From positions 124,001 to 188,000 of IMG/VR virus record IMGVR_UViG_3300042502_001233: a stretch of 64,000 bases of DNA; one strand, given 5' to 3'. The notes under the pieces were generated by a model that made no database searches, was not told the DNA's origin, and saw only the letters and a program-made list of their open reading frames with translations. Within the stretch, counting starts at the first letter, position 1. Every line of letters starts with the position of its first letter. The position numbers were made by a program, and so were the translations under genes. Positions 9,322-19,680 of this stretch are shown piece by piece.

Positions 9322-12300
9322 TTATGTATTAGTTGTTCTGTTTACACTAGCTGAATAATACCCTATAGAACTTTTAGAATCTGAAACATCCCAATTAAAT
9401 GACAAACTGTAACGTTCATCACTAGTATCATTTTTAGCAGCTAACAAGAATTTTAATTCTCTATTTTTTAACGGTATTTCCAAAACCCAGTTTTTATCTG
9501 TTGGTGAAACAGTTACTTCGGATTTACCTTTGAAAATTGTTGAATTATCATCTTTCCTTTTACCAGTTACAAAAAAGTTTATATTATCAATATTTGTGGA
9601 ATTTAACCTTACTAAAGATAACCTTCCTTTGTAATTTTTATCCTCAGATAACGAAAATTTAAGGTTAGGTTTATCTTCTGGTGGGTAGAACCCTAAACCA
9701 ATTTGAAGAATATCATCACCTTCAGAAAGTTCTTGATAACTTTCTATTTTAACACATTTAATAACTTCTTCATCTGTACCAGTTACTGTTGTTGCGGTTG
9801 TTGAACTTAATGTTGGTTGCGTTGAATTTTCAACACCACTATTAACTTTTTCTTCAGCTTTAACTTGGTCAACTTCTTTATTATTTTCATTAATAATATT
9901 TTCAGATATTATTATTTCTTCTGGTGAATATATCTTAGGTGTAAAATCATTATTAATGTAAAAATCACTTAAAGGAGCTTCTACTTTTTTAGTTTCTAAA
10001 ACACCATCTTTATTTTTCTCAGTTACAGTCCATGAAGGTCTATTCTTAGATAGATAATCAGCTCTTGTGTCGTAAACATGTGTGTTTGCAAAATAGTTAA
10101 ATGATAATGCATTTTGTAATTTGTTAATTGGTCCGAATAAACTTGAACCACCTAAAAATTTAAACGAAATATCAACGTTAGCAATCATTGGTTGAACACC
10201 AATACCTTCTGGGTTTAAATCCCAAACCAATGGTTCATAATCAATGTTTACATTTTCCATAATTATTTTTGTGTTATAGAAATCACCAATTCTCAATATA
10301 CAAACTGGAGCTCTACCAAATGCTAAATTATTAGCGCCTTGTTGTTCAAGTGTTGGGCCTTGTCTAGTACATTGTAATAAAAATGTCAATCTAGAATTTA
10401 AACCTTCTGGTGTTGTTGAGTGAAACGCTGGGTGAAAATATCTAATTTTTTCTCGAATAGAATCAAATACAAATTTATTTCCAGGTATTTCTTGACCAGT
10501 AGCTGGGTCTGTATAACTTTCCATCATACGTTCAAAATAATTACATTCAGTATAAAATTTATTTAAAATTTCTTTTTTTATTTGTGTACGTTCTATTTTA
10601 GTTATTGGTTCTGGTTGTAAAGCTTTTTCTTTCTCAGCAGCAAACTCTGGGTCGTATTCAACAGTTATTTCAACAAATCTGTCCAATTTACATTCTAAAA
10701 TATCTGTTGGTGGGTCTGGGTATTGAGCTGTTTGTATTGGGCAACCTGAACTTGTTTTAGCTTCAAATGTAGCTGTTTTAAATCTTTTACCTACATCAGA
10801 AGCTTCTATACCAGCACCCCATTTTTTCTTTAATTCTTTAATAATATATTCAGCTCTTTTTTTAGCTAATGTATTATTTGAATCTTTATTACCTTGTGGA
10901 CTTGCATATCCTTTAACTCTTATAGTACAATACTTACATTCATTTTTAAGATATTCAACCATAGCAGTGTTGTAGTCTGGGTCGTAATAACCAAAATACT
11001 TTTTACCGTTAATATCGTATTCTTTGCCTTTATAACTGCTCCAATTTAAACCAAAATTATATCTGTCATCCCAATTTCTAGTAACACCATTTACATCTAC
11101 TTGTGTTATATTACTAGGGTATAACCCTATCCCATAACCAACACCATTAGCATTAGTTGTATAATCAATAGCAGTAGCTAAACCACTAGGTGTACTTCCA
11201 CTTAACCCGTTCTCATAATTTTCAAATTGGTCTAGCTCAAAATTATCATTAGGGAAATATACATTTAATTTTGCCGTTGGTGGTTTTGGCGAATCTTGTT
11301 TAGGTTGGTCAACAACAACGTTTTTATTTATAACGGCATTTATTTCTTTTACTGTTAAATTCCTAATCATACCTTCAGTCGGGTCAACACAACCAGCAAA
11401 GTACGAAGCAATATAATTATCATCAGGACCATTTTGGCCTCTAAAAGCATTGTAGTAGCTTGGGTGGTCTACAATCACTTTAAACGACAAAGTACCACTT
11501 CTTTCTGTGTTGTTGTATGTATATACTGGTTCACCTCTACCAATAAATTTGTTTGATTCCCAATCCAAAGTATTGTTTTCAGTGAATTGAATATCATATG
11601 GTGGAAACCACATAATTCTACCTTTTTTTCCAGTTGTTAAATCACCTGGTCCTTTTTCACATTGTGGTAAATCATTATAAGGGTCCCCAGCCCATGCTAA
11701 GTTTTCAATACTAAACATAAATTTTTTAGGGTCTGTCGGTACATCGTCAATATATGGTGCTATTTTAACAAAACCAGCATCACCCAAGACGCTGTTTTCA
11801 GTTTTAAATCTATAAGGTGCTTTGGTCCTATCGTATAAAGGTTTGTGTCTAATAAGTTTATTAACACTATCATATCTATCTAAAGTTGTCCAACTTCTAC
11901 AGAAGTTATTTTCAGCTTCAGCTCCAGATGAATTTACACGACCAGTTTCTAAATCGTATCTACCAGATGCTAACACAGCACTACCCTTTGATACACCATT
12001 GTTGTTGGCTGTTTGAATTTGAGTTGAATTAACACCCATCTCACCCTTAACAGTAACAAGACTTTTCATACCTACACTGTTGAATAAAGTTTGAGTTTTA
12101 ATCAACAATGATTTTTTATCACCTTGAATTAAATCAAAACTAGATACATTGTTAACAGCGCTTCCATTATCGCTAGTCCAACTAAATGGAATTGAACTAA
12201 CTACTCTATTATCATAACCATAAAAGCCGTTATTACCAGGTGAAGGATTTGTTAATGTTTCTTCAGGACTTTCAAAACCAGAATTAGAAACCATTGCTTC

Positions 12301-13599
12301 TCTATTATAACTAATTTGTGGAATTATTTCACCTTTATTCCAAAATTTATCAACATTACCAGATTTACTGTAAGCATATACTTTTGTATCGGCAGATTTA
12401 ACTGCTGGTCGACCTTTATTATCATTATAAGCTGGAACGTACCCATTTCTAAAAGGGTTAGTTGAACTATTTATAGCTCCGTTAGCCATCACATTGCTAA
12501 TCAAAGATTTTATCTGACCTTTACCTGTGTTTAAAATCATTGCGTTAGCTCTGTCTATGTTTGCTATATCACCATTTTCAGATTGAAAAATTGAGCCTGA
12601 GTCATCCAAATAACTTCTTGGTATTTGAAAACCTAATATATTAGCCGCTGTATTTAATAATCTACCACCAGTAGATTGAGCAACTGTAATCTTGTAGTTA
12701 GGTCTAAACGCTGGTGCTGAACCATCTTTAATAAGATTTAAAATATTTTCACCAATATTCAATCTACCCAACAAATCTTGTTGTACATTGAATGCTGCAT
12801 TGTTTGCTAATGCCAACGCTAATTGTTGTCCACCGATAGTTCCTAATTTTGTGTCGTTTAACAAACCAGTTGCCCCTAACACTCTACCAGCCAAAGAACT
12901 TCTAATATCAAAGTTTGGTACAACACTACCGTTGGTACCTATACCTACACCTTGACCGTTTAATACACTACCTAATATATTAACAACTGCGTTTCCACCT
13001 GTACCACCTTGATTTAAACCACCGAACACATCTAGATACCCTGGGATTTGTTGAGATATATCTAAAGGTTGATAATCAATAAAAGAAGCCATATCAATTT
13101 GTTTTGATTCATCTAAATATAAATTTTTGATTACATTGGCTTTTTTGTAATTTGCTTCTGTTGTTTTAGCTAAAATACCATATTGTTCAATTTGTGGGTT
13201 ATCACCTGTTGGATATGGTAAGTTACCACCTAGAGGCCATTCAGAGTTGATATAATCAGTGTTTAGTATATCAGGTATGTAATTGATACTTTCTACATTG
13301 TTTGCAACGCTAGGGTCATTTTGAAAGGTATTATATATAACATTCAAATCTTTAAACAACAAACCATTGGTAATTAAAGGTAAACCAATTGGAACTGTAA
13401 GAGCACCACTACCTACCATAGTATCTAATACTGGTTCACCAATACGTGGACTACCATTAATTGAAGTTGATATGAAAGGATATTGTGGTGCTAAGTTTAA
13501 ATTCAATAAAAAATCACGAATACCATAAGTAACTGCGATATCATTGATGTTGTTTTTTGTAGTTGGTGTAGGTGCACCTTGATTATAAAATATAGGCAT
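9322..13599 (-). CDS. Baseplate/tube-initiator-like protein with an internal OmpA_C-like domain
   Basis: 1425 aa. Tube-like segment (FPPYDIQFTE...FIGRGEPVYTYNNTERSGTLSF). OmpA-like motifs (VYFPND, VKGYASPQG...NNTLAKKRA, DRFVEI). Confidence 0.6.
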   Translation of the reverse strand: MPIFYNQGAPTPTTKNNINDIAVTYGIRDFLLNLNLAPQYPFISTSINGSPRIGEPVLDTMVGSGALTVPIGLPLITNGLLFKDLNVIYNTFQNDPSVANNVESINYIPDILNTDYINSEWPLGGNLPYPTGDNPQIEQYGILAKTTEANYKKANVIKNLYLDESKQIDMASFIDYQPLDISQQIPGYLDVFGGLNQGGTGGNAVVNILGSVLNGQGVGIGTNGSVVPNFDIRSSLAGRVLGATGLLNDTKLGTIGGQQLALALANNAAFNVQQDLLGRLNIGENILNLIKDGSAPAFRPNYKITVAQSTGGRLLNTAANILGFQIPRSYLDDSGSIFQSENGDIANIDRANAMILNTGKGQIKSLISNVMANGAINSSTNPFRNGYVPAYNDNKGRPAVKSADTKVYAYSKSGNVDKFWNKGEIIPQISYNREAMVSNSGFESPEETLTNPSPGNNGFYGYDNRVVSSIPFSWTSDNGSAVNNVSSFDLIQGDKKSLLIKTQTLFNSVGMKSLVTVKGEMGVNSTQIQTANNNGVSKGSAVLASGRYDLETGRVNSSGAEAENNFCRSWTTLDRYDSVNKLIRHKPLYDRTKAPYRFKTENSVLGDAGFVKIAPYIDDVPTDPKKFMFSIENLAWAGDPYNDLPQCEKGPGDLTTGKKGRIMWFPPYDIQFTENNTLDWESNKFIGRGEPVYTYNNTERSGTLSFKVIVDHPSYYNAFRGQNGPDDNYIASYFAGCVDPTEGMIRNLTVKEINAVINKNVVVDQPKQDSPKPPTAKLNVYFPNDNFELDQFENYENGLSGSTPSGLATAIDYTTNANGVGYGIGLYPSNITQVDVNGVTRNWDDRYNFGLNWSSYKGKEYDINGKKYFGYYDPDYNTAMVEYLKNECKYCTIRVKGYASPQGNKDSNNTLAKKRAEYIIKELKKKWGAGIEASDVGKRFKTATFEAKTSSGCPIQTAQYPDPPTDILECKLDRFVEITVEYDPEFAAEKEKALQPEPITKIERTQIKKEILNKFYTECNYFERMMESYTDPATGQEIPGNKFVFDSIREKIRYFHPAFHSTTPEGLNSRLTFLLQCTRQGPTLEQQGANNLAFGRAPVCILRIGDFYNTKIIMENVNIDYEPLVWDLNPEGIGVQPMIANVDISFKFLGGSSLFGPINKLQNALSFNYFANTHVYDTRADYLSKNRPSWTVTEKNKDGVLETKKVEAPLSDFYINNDFTPKIYSPEEIIISENIINENNKEVDQVKAEEKVNSGVENSTQPTLSSTTATTVTGTDEEVIKCVKIESYQELSEGDDILQIGLGFYPPEDKPNLKFSLSEDKNYKGRLSLVRLNSTNIDNINFFVTGKRKDDNSTIFKGKSEVTVSPTDKNWVLEIPLKNRELKFLLAAKNDTSDERYSLSFNWDVSDSKSSIGYYSASVNRTTNT

Positions 13600-13673
13600 A
13601 ATATTTCTTTTTATATATAAATACTATAGTACCAAAAAAGTTTAGAAAATAAATGGTTGATAAGTCTTTAAAA

Positions 13674-13696
13674 ACAAAAAAGGCGCAATTCGCGCC
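13674..13696 (-). terminator. Intrinsic terminator
   Basis: Minus strand GGCGC-gaatt-GCGCC followed by TTTTTTG. Confidence 0.7.
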
Positions 13697-13713
13697 AATT
13701 TTTAATTTATCAG

Positions 13714-13787
13714 TATAATATATAATTTATTATTATATTATATTATATTTATTATATTTTATTTATTATTATTATATTTTATATATA
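13714..13787. repeat. 74-bp pure A/T tract of degenerate TATTA/TATAT units
   Basis: No G or C between 13714 and 13787. Confidence 0.8.
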
Positions 13788-13818
13788 CAAAAATACGATT
13801 TTTTTCCCACAAAGTCAA
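13788..13818 (-). promoter_or_regulatory. Orphan sigma70-type promoter
   Basis: Minus strand reads TTG-N20-TATTTTTG; no ORF before the terminator. Confidence 0.5.
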
Positions 13819-13875
13819 GTTATCTCAACTAATTTTTTTAATTATTTTATATATAATTGATAATCAATAAATTAA

Positions 13876-16368
13876 TTATCCAGCTATTTTACCATTTTTA
13901 TTCATTTCCAATTGAGAATTAACCATACTAGCGATTTGAGTTCTAAAAGCTGTGGTTTTCATAATTTCCAGGGCTATTGCATTTGTTCCTGGTATATTTA
14001 TATTGATATTACCACTAACATTCATATCACCATGTTCAACTTCCATTTTTGAAGATTGATTACTTTGTTGATTGATTGCTCTATCAGCTGGTCCATATGG
14101 TTCCATAGATAAAAATCTTTCTTTATTAGGTATCGGTGTTATTTTACCATTTTCTAACACTCCTCTACCTTTAGAAAATTCAGCCCCTAACCCTTTTCTA
14201 GGTGCAAATACAGCATCGTTTTGTGGTTCACTAAAATATTCATTATAAGCACCGATACCACCACCAATTAAACCACCAGCCAAAGCACCCCATGGACCGA
14301 ACATCATACCAAGTGCTGCTCCTTGTAACGCAGCGCTACCAACACCCATACCTTTACCCATAGCATCATTAGGGTCATCTCTTTTACCTCTTAAATAATC
14401 AACACCCATACCAGCAGCACCTAAACCTAAACCAGCACCCATTTTAGCACCAGTACCCCATTTATTTAATTTTGTGGCTTCTCTAGCAGAAGCAAATCTA
14501 CCAGCACCCATACTTCTCATAGTTCCATAATCCTTACCAAACCCAGTACCACCTCTATTACTAGCAGCACCACCCATAGAAAACATACCAGGAGAAGCAC
14601 CACCACCAGAAAAACCTTTTGTACCTATATTAAAACCTTTAGCCAAAGCTAATCCGTTAGCAAACCATGTTGCTAATTTTAACGCCCCCCACGTAGCTAA
14701 AATACCTGTAGGTCCTAAAACATCGGCAATAGTAAATATTATTTTACCAGCAGTAACGACAAATTCACCAACTGTTTTAGCAATAGTTTCAATTTTTTCA
14801 CCCCATTTATTTTCTTCCCATTTATCAGTTAATTCATTAAATTCTGGTAATAATTTTTTATTTATTGTATCAACAAAAGGTAATAAATAAATTTTTATAC
14901 CATTAACAAAATTAGTAAAAGCTTCATCAAATGTTAGAGCTTGTTCTGCCCTTTCTTTCATATCAGCTTTTTGTTTCATATCAATTGCTAAAATTTCTTT
15001 ATCAGTTGTAGTTAAAGCGCTAATAAGTTTTGCTTGACCTTTAACCATAACAGTAGCTTTTCCATCTTTAAATTCAGCTGTGTTTGCAATAAATTCTTGT
15101 AATTCTGGACTAACACCACCAACTTGAGCTTTTATTTTACTCAACTTGAATGCTGCTTTACCAGCTTCAACCAATTTTTCATATTCTAAACCTGTTTGTT
15201 GTGCAACTATTTTTAATCTGTGCATTTCCATAGCACCCATTTCAATACTACCATCTTTTCCAAAACTCATAGATTGTTTTGCAGCGTTTGCAATCTCTTC
15301 AGTCAAACCTTCCATATCATTACGAGCCATATACATCAAATGAAACGGGTCAGCCATTTGTGCCCATGCACCACCCATAACTTGCAATTGTGCTGACATA
15401 TCAACAGCGCCTTCAATATCAAATAGTTTATCAGCCATTCCACCAGCGAATTCCATATCAACACCTAGTTTACTAGCTGTCATAGCCATTTTAGCCAAAC
15501 CTTTAACACCGTCTTTAAAACGATATTTATTTAACATTTTAATGTTTCCAGCAATGTTTTTGATTACCTTTGAAGCGTTAAGACCCATAGCGTGAGAATC
15601 ATTCAAAGTTTGATTCATAAAATCACCAGTTTTTTCAGCTGAAATACCTTGTTTGTCCATATCTGCCGCCATTCTAGCAGCACCTTCAGCACCCAAATCA
15701 GCAAACTTGGATAGTTGACCCAAAGCAACAAGACTTTTTTCATTCATTTGAACACTTCTACCTAGTTCTTCACTATAATCAGATTGTATTTTAGATAAAT
15801 CTTGAATTGTAACACCAATTTTTGATGTTTTTTTAGATGCATCAAGAATATTTTTTCTAAACCCTTCAGATTGGTTAGATAAAACACCCATAGACATTGC
15901 TGAATTTTTAATTGCTTTTTCCATTTCAAAAAGACCTAAAGATTTTACGACACCTTTTAAATTATTGAATAAATTAAAAGATGTTTTTAAAGCAGCGGCA
16001 GTGGTTAAAGAAACTTTATTAGCATCTTTAAGGGCAGAATTATATATTTGACCTTGTTTTTTTAATTTTTCATTTTGCTTATCAAGTAAAATTAATTTTT
16101 CTCTATCAATGTCTAATTGATTTTGTTGTTCTTGAGTCAAAATTAAAGTATTGGCTTTTATTTTATCATCAATATCTTTAATTTTTTGTCTTAAATCATT
16201 TGTTAATTTAATACTTTTATTATAAGTTTTTTGTAACTCAGAATATTTTTTAATATTTTCAATATAAGAATCATAGCTACTATTAATTTCTTTTCTTAAA
16301 TCAGCTTCCTTTTCTATATAATAAAGAGCATCTATTGCTTCTTGTTGTGCTTTAGTTTTTTTAGCCAT
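13876..16368 (-). CDS. Tail tape measure protein
   Basis: 830 aa; Ala/Lys/Met-rich helical body with Gly-rich hydrophobic C-terminal segments; lies downstream of the tube and chaperone genes. Confidence 0.75.
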   Translation of the reverse strand: MAKKTKAQQEAIDALYYIEKEADLRKEINSSYDSYIENIKKYSELQKTYNKSIKLTNDLRQKIKDIDDKIKANTLILTQEQQNQLDIDREKLILLDKQNEKLKKQGQIYNSALKDANKVSLTTAAALKTSFNLFNNLKGVVKSLGLFEMEKAIKNSAMSMGVLSNQSEGFRKNILDASKKTSKIGVTIQDLSKIQSDYSEELGRSVQMNEKSLVALGQLSKFADLGAEGAARMAADMDKQGISAEKTGDFMNQTLNDSHAMGLNASKVIKNIAGNIKMLNKYRFKDGVKGLAKMAMTASKLGVDMEFAGGMADKLFDIEGAVDMSAQLQVMGGAWAQMADPFHLMYMARNDMEGLTEEIANAAKQSMSFGKDGSIEMGAMEMHRLKIVAQQTGLEYEKLVEAGKAAFKLSKIKAQVGGVSPELQEFIANTAEFKDGKATVMVKGQAKLISALTTTDKEILAIDMKQKADMKERAEQALTFDEAFTNFVNGIKIYLLPFVDTINKKLLPEFNELTDKWEENKWGEKIETIAKTVGEFVVTAGKIIFTIADVLGPTGILATWGALKLATWFANGLALAKGFNIGTKGFSGGGASPGMFSMGGAASNRGGTGFGKDYGTMRSMGAGRFASAREATKLNKWGTGAKMGAGLGLGAAGMGVDYLRGKRDDPNDAMGKGMGVGSAALQGAALGMMFGPWGALAGGLIGGGIGAYNEYFSEPQNDAVFAPRKGLGAEFSKGRGVLENGKITPIPNKERFLSMEPYGPADRAINQQSNQSSKMEVEHGDMNVSGNININIPGTNAIALEIMKTTAFRTQIASMVNSQLEMNKNGKIAG

Positions 16369-16374
16369 AATCTA

Positions 16375-17349
16375 TTATTGTTGTTTAGTTTGTGTTGGTT
16401 TATACCCGTCTGAATATAAAAACTTAATATTTACATCTTTTTGTCTAGCTTCTTTTATTTTACCATTTATATCATTATAGTTTTTAGCAATATCACATAA
16501 ATAAACATCTTGTTCTGATAATTTTTCTTTAACATAAATCGTAAATCCAACTTTACCGTTAGTTAATACTTTGTATTTATAATCTTTTTCGTCAAATGAG
16601 AATTTTTTATTAACAGCTTCATAAGTTCCACCTCTTTCTAATTCGAAAGTTTTAGTTTTTCCTTGAGCATTTTCATAATATATCGTAATATCTTCAGAAA
16701 CCACACTAAATAAAGCGGTTCTACCAACAATAAATCCGTCACCCAACTCCCTATTTAATTTATTGGAATGAAAACTTGAAAAGAAATTCAATGCGTTTCT
16801 AACACCTTCACCTTCTGCTTTTTTACCCATTAATTCGGAAACAAAAGATTCCCACCATGGCGTATGTTGCATTAATTTTTTTAATTCTGGGTCATTAATT
16901 AAAGCATTATAAACCGTACCAGGTATGTATTTATTTTCTTCACCAGAAGTTTCTGGGTTTTCCCCATTAACATTAGGTTGTTGTTGTTGTTGTTGTTGAG
17001 TTTGATTAACATTACCACCCAAGTTTTCTAGTGCGTTAAGTTGAAAAGGTGTATCAACAACTTCTTGTTTTTTAGAATTATATATTTTAAAATTAATCAT
17101 TTTAGTTGTTTGATTATATGAATTTACATTGAATGTTACCTTGTCACCTTTTTCAGTCTCACCCATCACATTACCGTTTGTTGGGTCTGTGTTTACAACT
17201 TTTACTTTAAGTATTGAATTAACACCTTTAAACGATAAAATATCACCTATTTTAGCTTGTTTAATAGTATTGTTAATATCAGCAGATTCAGTTAATTGAC
17301 TTTGTAATCTAGAATATTGCTCTTCAGTTATGATTAATTTTTTTGCCAT
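16375..17349 (-). CDS. Putative virion/internal head protein
   Basis: 324 aa; leader MAKKLIITEEQY...LTES; late motif upstream; poly-Q linker. Confidence 0.55.
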   Translation of the reverse strand: MAKKLIITEEQYSRLQSQLTESADINNTIKQAKIGDILSFKGVNSILKVKVVNTDPTNGNVMGETEKGDKVTFNVNSYNQTTKMINFKIYNSKKQEVVDTPFQLNALENLGGNVNQTQQQQQQQPNVNGENPETSGEENKYIPGTVYNALINDPELKKLMQHTPWWESFVSELMGKKAEGEGVRNALNFFSSFHSNKLNRELGDGFIVGRTALFSVVSEDITIYYENAQGKTKTFELERGGTYEAVNKKFSFDEKDYKYKVLTNGKVGFTIYVKEKLSEQDVYLCDIAKNYNDINGKIKEARQKDVNIKFLYSDGYKPTQTKQQ

Positions 17350-17384
17350 AATAAAATTCTTTAATTATAAATATCTTATAAAAT

Positions 17385-17409
17385 AAAAATCCCCAAAAAA
17401 TGGGGATTT
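17385..17409 (-). terminator. Intrinsic terminator after the chaperone genes
   Basis: AATCCCCA...TGGGGATT stem with an adjacent U-tract on the minus strand. Confidence 0.6.
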
Positions 17410-17410
17410 A

Positions 17411-17689
17411 TTAATTGAGTGGTATATTACCAGATTTCATTCTTGATTTTAATGCGTCTCCAGAAATGCTTGTTTTTCTATTACCCTTGCTGTTGGTTTG
17501 GTTTTTCTGTATGTTTTCAACCTCTTCTTGTCTTTCAACGTTTTGTTTCATCAATAAACTTAAAAAGAATCTTCTTTCATAAGTCGGCATACACAGTACA
17601 TCTGTGTAAGACATTTTTAAATGTTGCATACAAATATAAACCTCTTCTAATAACGGAACTTTATAGCTTGATGTTAGGCCAAAAAAAGT
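17411..17689 (-). CDS. Tail assembly chaperone C-terminal extension (probably reached by frameshift)
   Basis: Frame overlaps the upstream gene at a T7 run. The track start at 17740 is TTG inside the upstream gene. Sequence LLEEVYICMQHLKMSYTDVLCMPTYERRFFL resembles chaperone 'T' parts. Confidence 0.55.
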   Translation of the reverse strand, partial: TFFGLTSSYKVPLLEEVYICMQHLKMSYTDVLCMPTYERRFFLSLLMKQNVERQEEVENIQKNQTNSKGNRKTSISGDALKSRMKSGNIPLN

Positions 17690-18950
17690 TGAAGTTAAGT
17701 GGAAGAAAGGTGGCCACAGACCCACCCCCAGGAGTCTCAACCTCTATATTCAAATCAATACCAGATTCAATAGAATCAACATATGCATCAAATGCTCTAG
17801 CATCAGATATTCTCATAGAATTAGCGATGTCTCTAATCATTCCTCTATCTCTACTACCGTTTACTTCAACAATCATTCTTTCTAATCTATATGTATTTGA
17901 ATTATTTACTGGGATGTTTCTTTCTTTTTCATCGGTAACAATTTTTTCGATAGCATCTACATCACCCATAGTCAACAATCTGAATTTAATTTCAGCTTTG
18001 GTCAAAGGTAATTGAAAATAAAACAATCCTTCTTCATCTGGATTTTCATTTAACTCTATTGTTTTTAACTCATTAAGGTTAATTTCAGTATCAAAAGGTT
18101 CGCTTAACTCATCCAACAAAGTAACTGGATACATTTCACCATATGCTGTAGCTCTTAACCACAACATAATAGCATTTCTATCACCAGGCAATAAATCTTT
18201 ATATCTAAGCGTCGGTTCCAATATCTTTCTGTTGATAAGAATCTCTAAAAACTCCCCGCTTTGAAGTAAGTTTGGACTTGTAAGAATGTTTTCATCCGCT
18301 GTAGTCATATACGCTAACCTTACACTCTCTTTTTTGTTTTTGTACAATTTACCTTTTGAAGGTAACGGAATAACGTCAAATGGTGCGTTGTAGTTAGGTT
18401 GACTCAATTCTAGAATATAAGGGTCAACACCAGTTTGTGAAGTCACAAAAGGTTCTATTCTAGGTTGTGTAATAGCTGGTGAAGACGGTTGTGGTGTGTT
18501 GTAACCACTTGGTTGATTTGTTTGCATATTTGTTGTTGTATTATATTGTCTATTCATTGCTTCTTCAGACATTTTTTGATAGTTTTGAGTTTGTTGTCTA
18601 TTTTTAGCTAATTGTTCATCTCTCAGTTTCATCAAATCTTCGTTTGGGTCTTTTTGAGTTACAAATCTAGTAGTCTGTCTTTCAGATAACGCTGGGTCTT
18701 TAACAACACCAACAGTGTTTTTCATTTCTAATTGAGCGGCTGTTCTAGCCATCATCATTTCAACACTATTGTTTTGGTTTAGATAATTGTATTGTTCTCC
18801 TTCAACGTTTTCAGGAACTTTTACTGATGAATAAATTTGATTTACTACTTGTGATTTTTCTGCTTCATACGCGGCCAATTTTGATTGTTCTTCTGCTGCG
18901 TTTTGTATTTGTGATTGCGAAGGAATCACGTTAGGTCTTTTTTCTGACAT
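17661..18950 (-). CDS. Tail assembly chaperone / T4 gp26-like baseplate hub assembly protein
   Basis: 429 aa; DVIPLPSKGKLY...MTTADENILTSPNL...DRNAIMLWLR motifs; lies between tube and tape measure; ends FFWP. Confidence 0.65.
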   Translation of the reverse strand: MSEKRPNVIPSQSQIQNAAEEQSKLAAYEAEKSQVVNQIYSSVKVPENVEGEQYNYLNQNNSVEMMMARTAAQLEMKNTVGVVKDPALSERQTTRFVTQKDPNEDLMKLRDEQLAKNRQQTQNYQKMSEEAMNRQYNTTTNMQTNQPSGYNTPQPSSPAITQPRIEPFVTSQTGVDPYILELSQPNYNAPFDVIPLPSKGKLYKNKKESVRLAYMTTADENILTSPNLLQSGEFLEILINRKILEPTLRYKDLLPGDRNAIMLWLRATAYGEMYPVTLLDELSEPFDTEINLNELKTIELNENPDEEGLFYFQLPLTKAEIKFRLLTMGDVDAIEKIVTDEKERNIPVNNSNTYRLERMIVEVNGSRDRGMIRDIANSMRISDARAFDAYVDSIESGIDLNIEVETPGGGSVATFLPLNFNFFWPNIKL

Positions 18951-19033
18951 ATTAAAACTTGTTTATTTTTTATTATAACATTCAAAAATAAATATATAAA
19001 AATAAATTTTTTTGTAAATAGGTATAAAATAAA

Positions 19034-19058
19034 AAAAACCATCTATATAGATGGTTTT
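19034..19058. terminator. Palindromic terminator after the tail tube gene
   Basis: AAAACCATCTAT/ATAGATGGTTTT inverted repeat. Confidence 0.65.
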
Positions 19059-19107
19059 GATATTTATGTTTGTAAAAATTTGTAACTTCTTGATAATCAA
19101 ATAGTTT

Positions 19108-19596
19108 TTAAAACAAAAGTATGGCGCGGTCAAACCTTAACGTTGCAGTAATCTCTGCGATACCGTCATCCTCGAATGATAAGTCACCAAAACCAACGTT
19201 TGTTAACATAGTACCATCCAATAACCATTTCTCGATTACAACACCTGTAGGGTCAAGCATTTCTAACTCTACTGGACGTTTGTAACCAGCAGCATAACCT
19301 TGACGGCCAGTGATTGATTCAGAGTGAAGACGAACCCACTCCATAATTGCTTGTGAAGCAGATGGACCAATTGGGTCACGGAAAGTAACGTCTATCGCCT
19401 CCCAAGTAAATCTACCGATAACCCATGTAGATGTGTTAAGGAAAGGGATTTCTACCTCATTTTGTGTGATAGAAGGTCTAGAAGCAGAAGATAACCACCA
19501 TTGTTGGATACCTAAATCTGCTGGGAATGTAATTAACCAACGATTCTTTTTCTTAGGTTCGTATGGTAAGGGCATTTTCATTAATAAATCAGCCAT
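19108..19596 (-). CDS. Tail tube protein (T4 gp19-like)
   Basis: 162 aa; YEPKKKNRW, SASRP, GRFTWEAIDVTFRDPI, EKWLL...GDL, ITATLRFD motifs. Confidence 0.85.
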   Translation of the reverse strand: MADLLMKMPLPYEPKKKNRWLITFPADLGIQQWWLSSASRPSITQNEVEIPFLNTSTWVIGRFTWEAIDVTFRDPIGPSASQAIMEWVRLHSESITGRQGYAAGYKRPVELEMLDPTGVVIEKWLLDGTMLTNVGFGDLSFEDDGIAEITATLRFDRAILLF

Positions 19597-19602
19597 ATTT
19601 TC

Positions 19603-19633
19603 TTGTTTTTTATTATATTTATTAGTATATTTG
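19603..19633 (+). promoter_or_regulatory. Sigma70-type promoter of endonuclease 1
   Basis: TTG-N20-TATATTTG. Confidence 0.6.
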
Positions 19634-19680
19634 TATACTATTATGTTATTTTATAATAAATATCTAAAACTAAAAAAAAA

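Noticed and set aside
16974-17000. (TTG)n microsatellite as a contingency locus
   Set aside because: It is an in-frame triplet encoding a poly-Gln linker, so length change would not switch phase.
19597-19680. Gene-end duplication at endonuclease 1
   Set aside because: No copy of the tube 5' end or the 21125 gene 3' end was found; only a short AT-rich inverted match.
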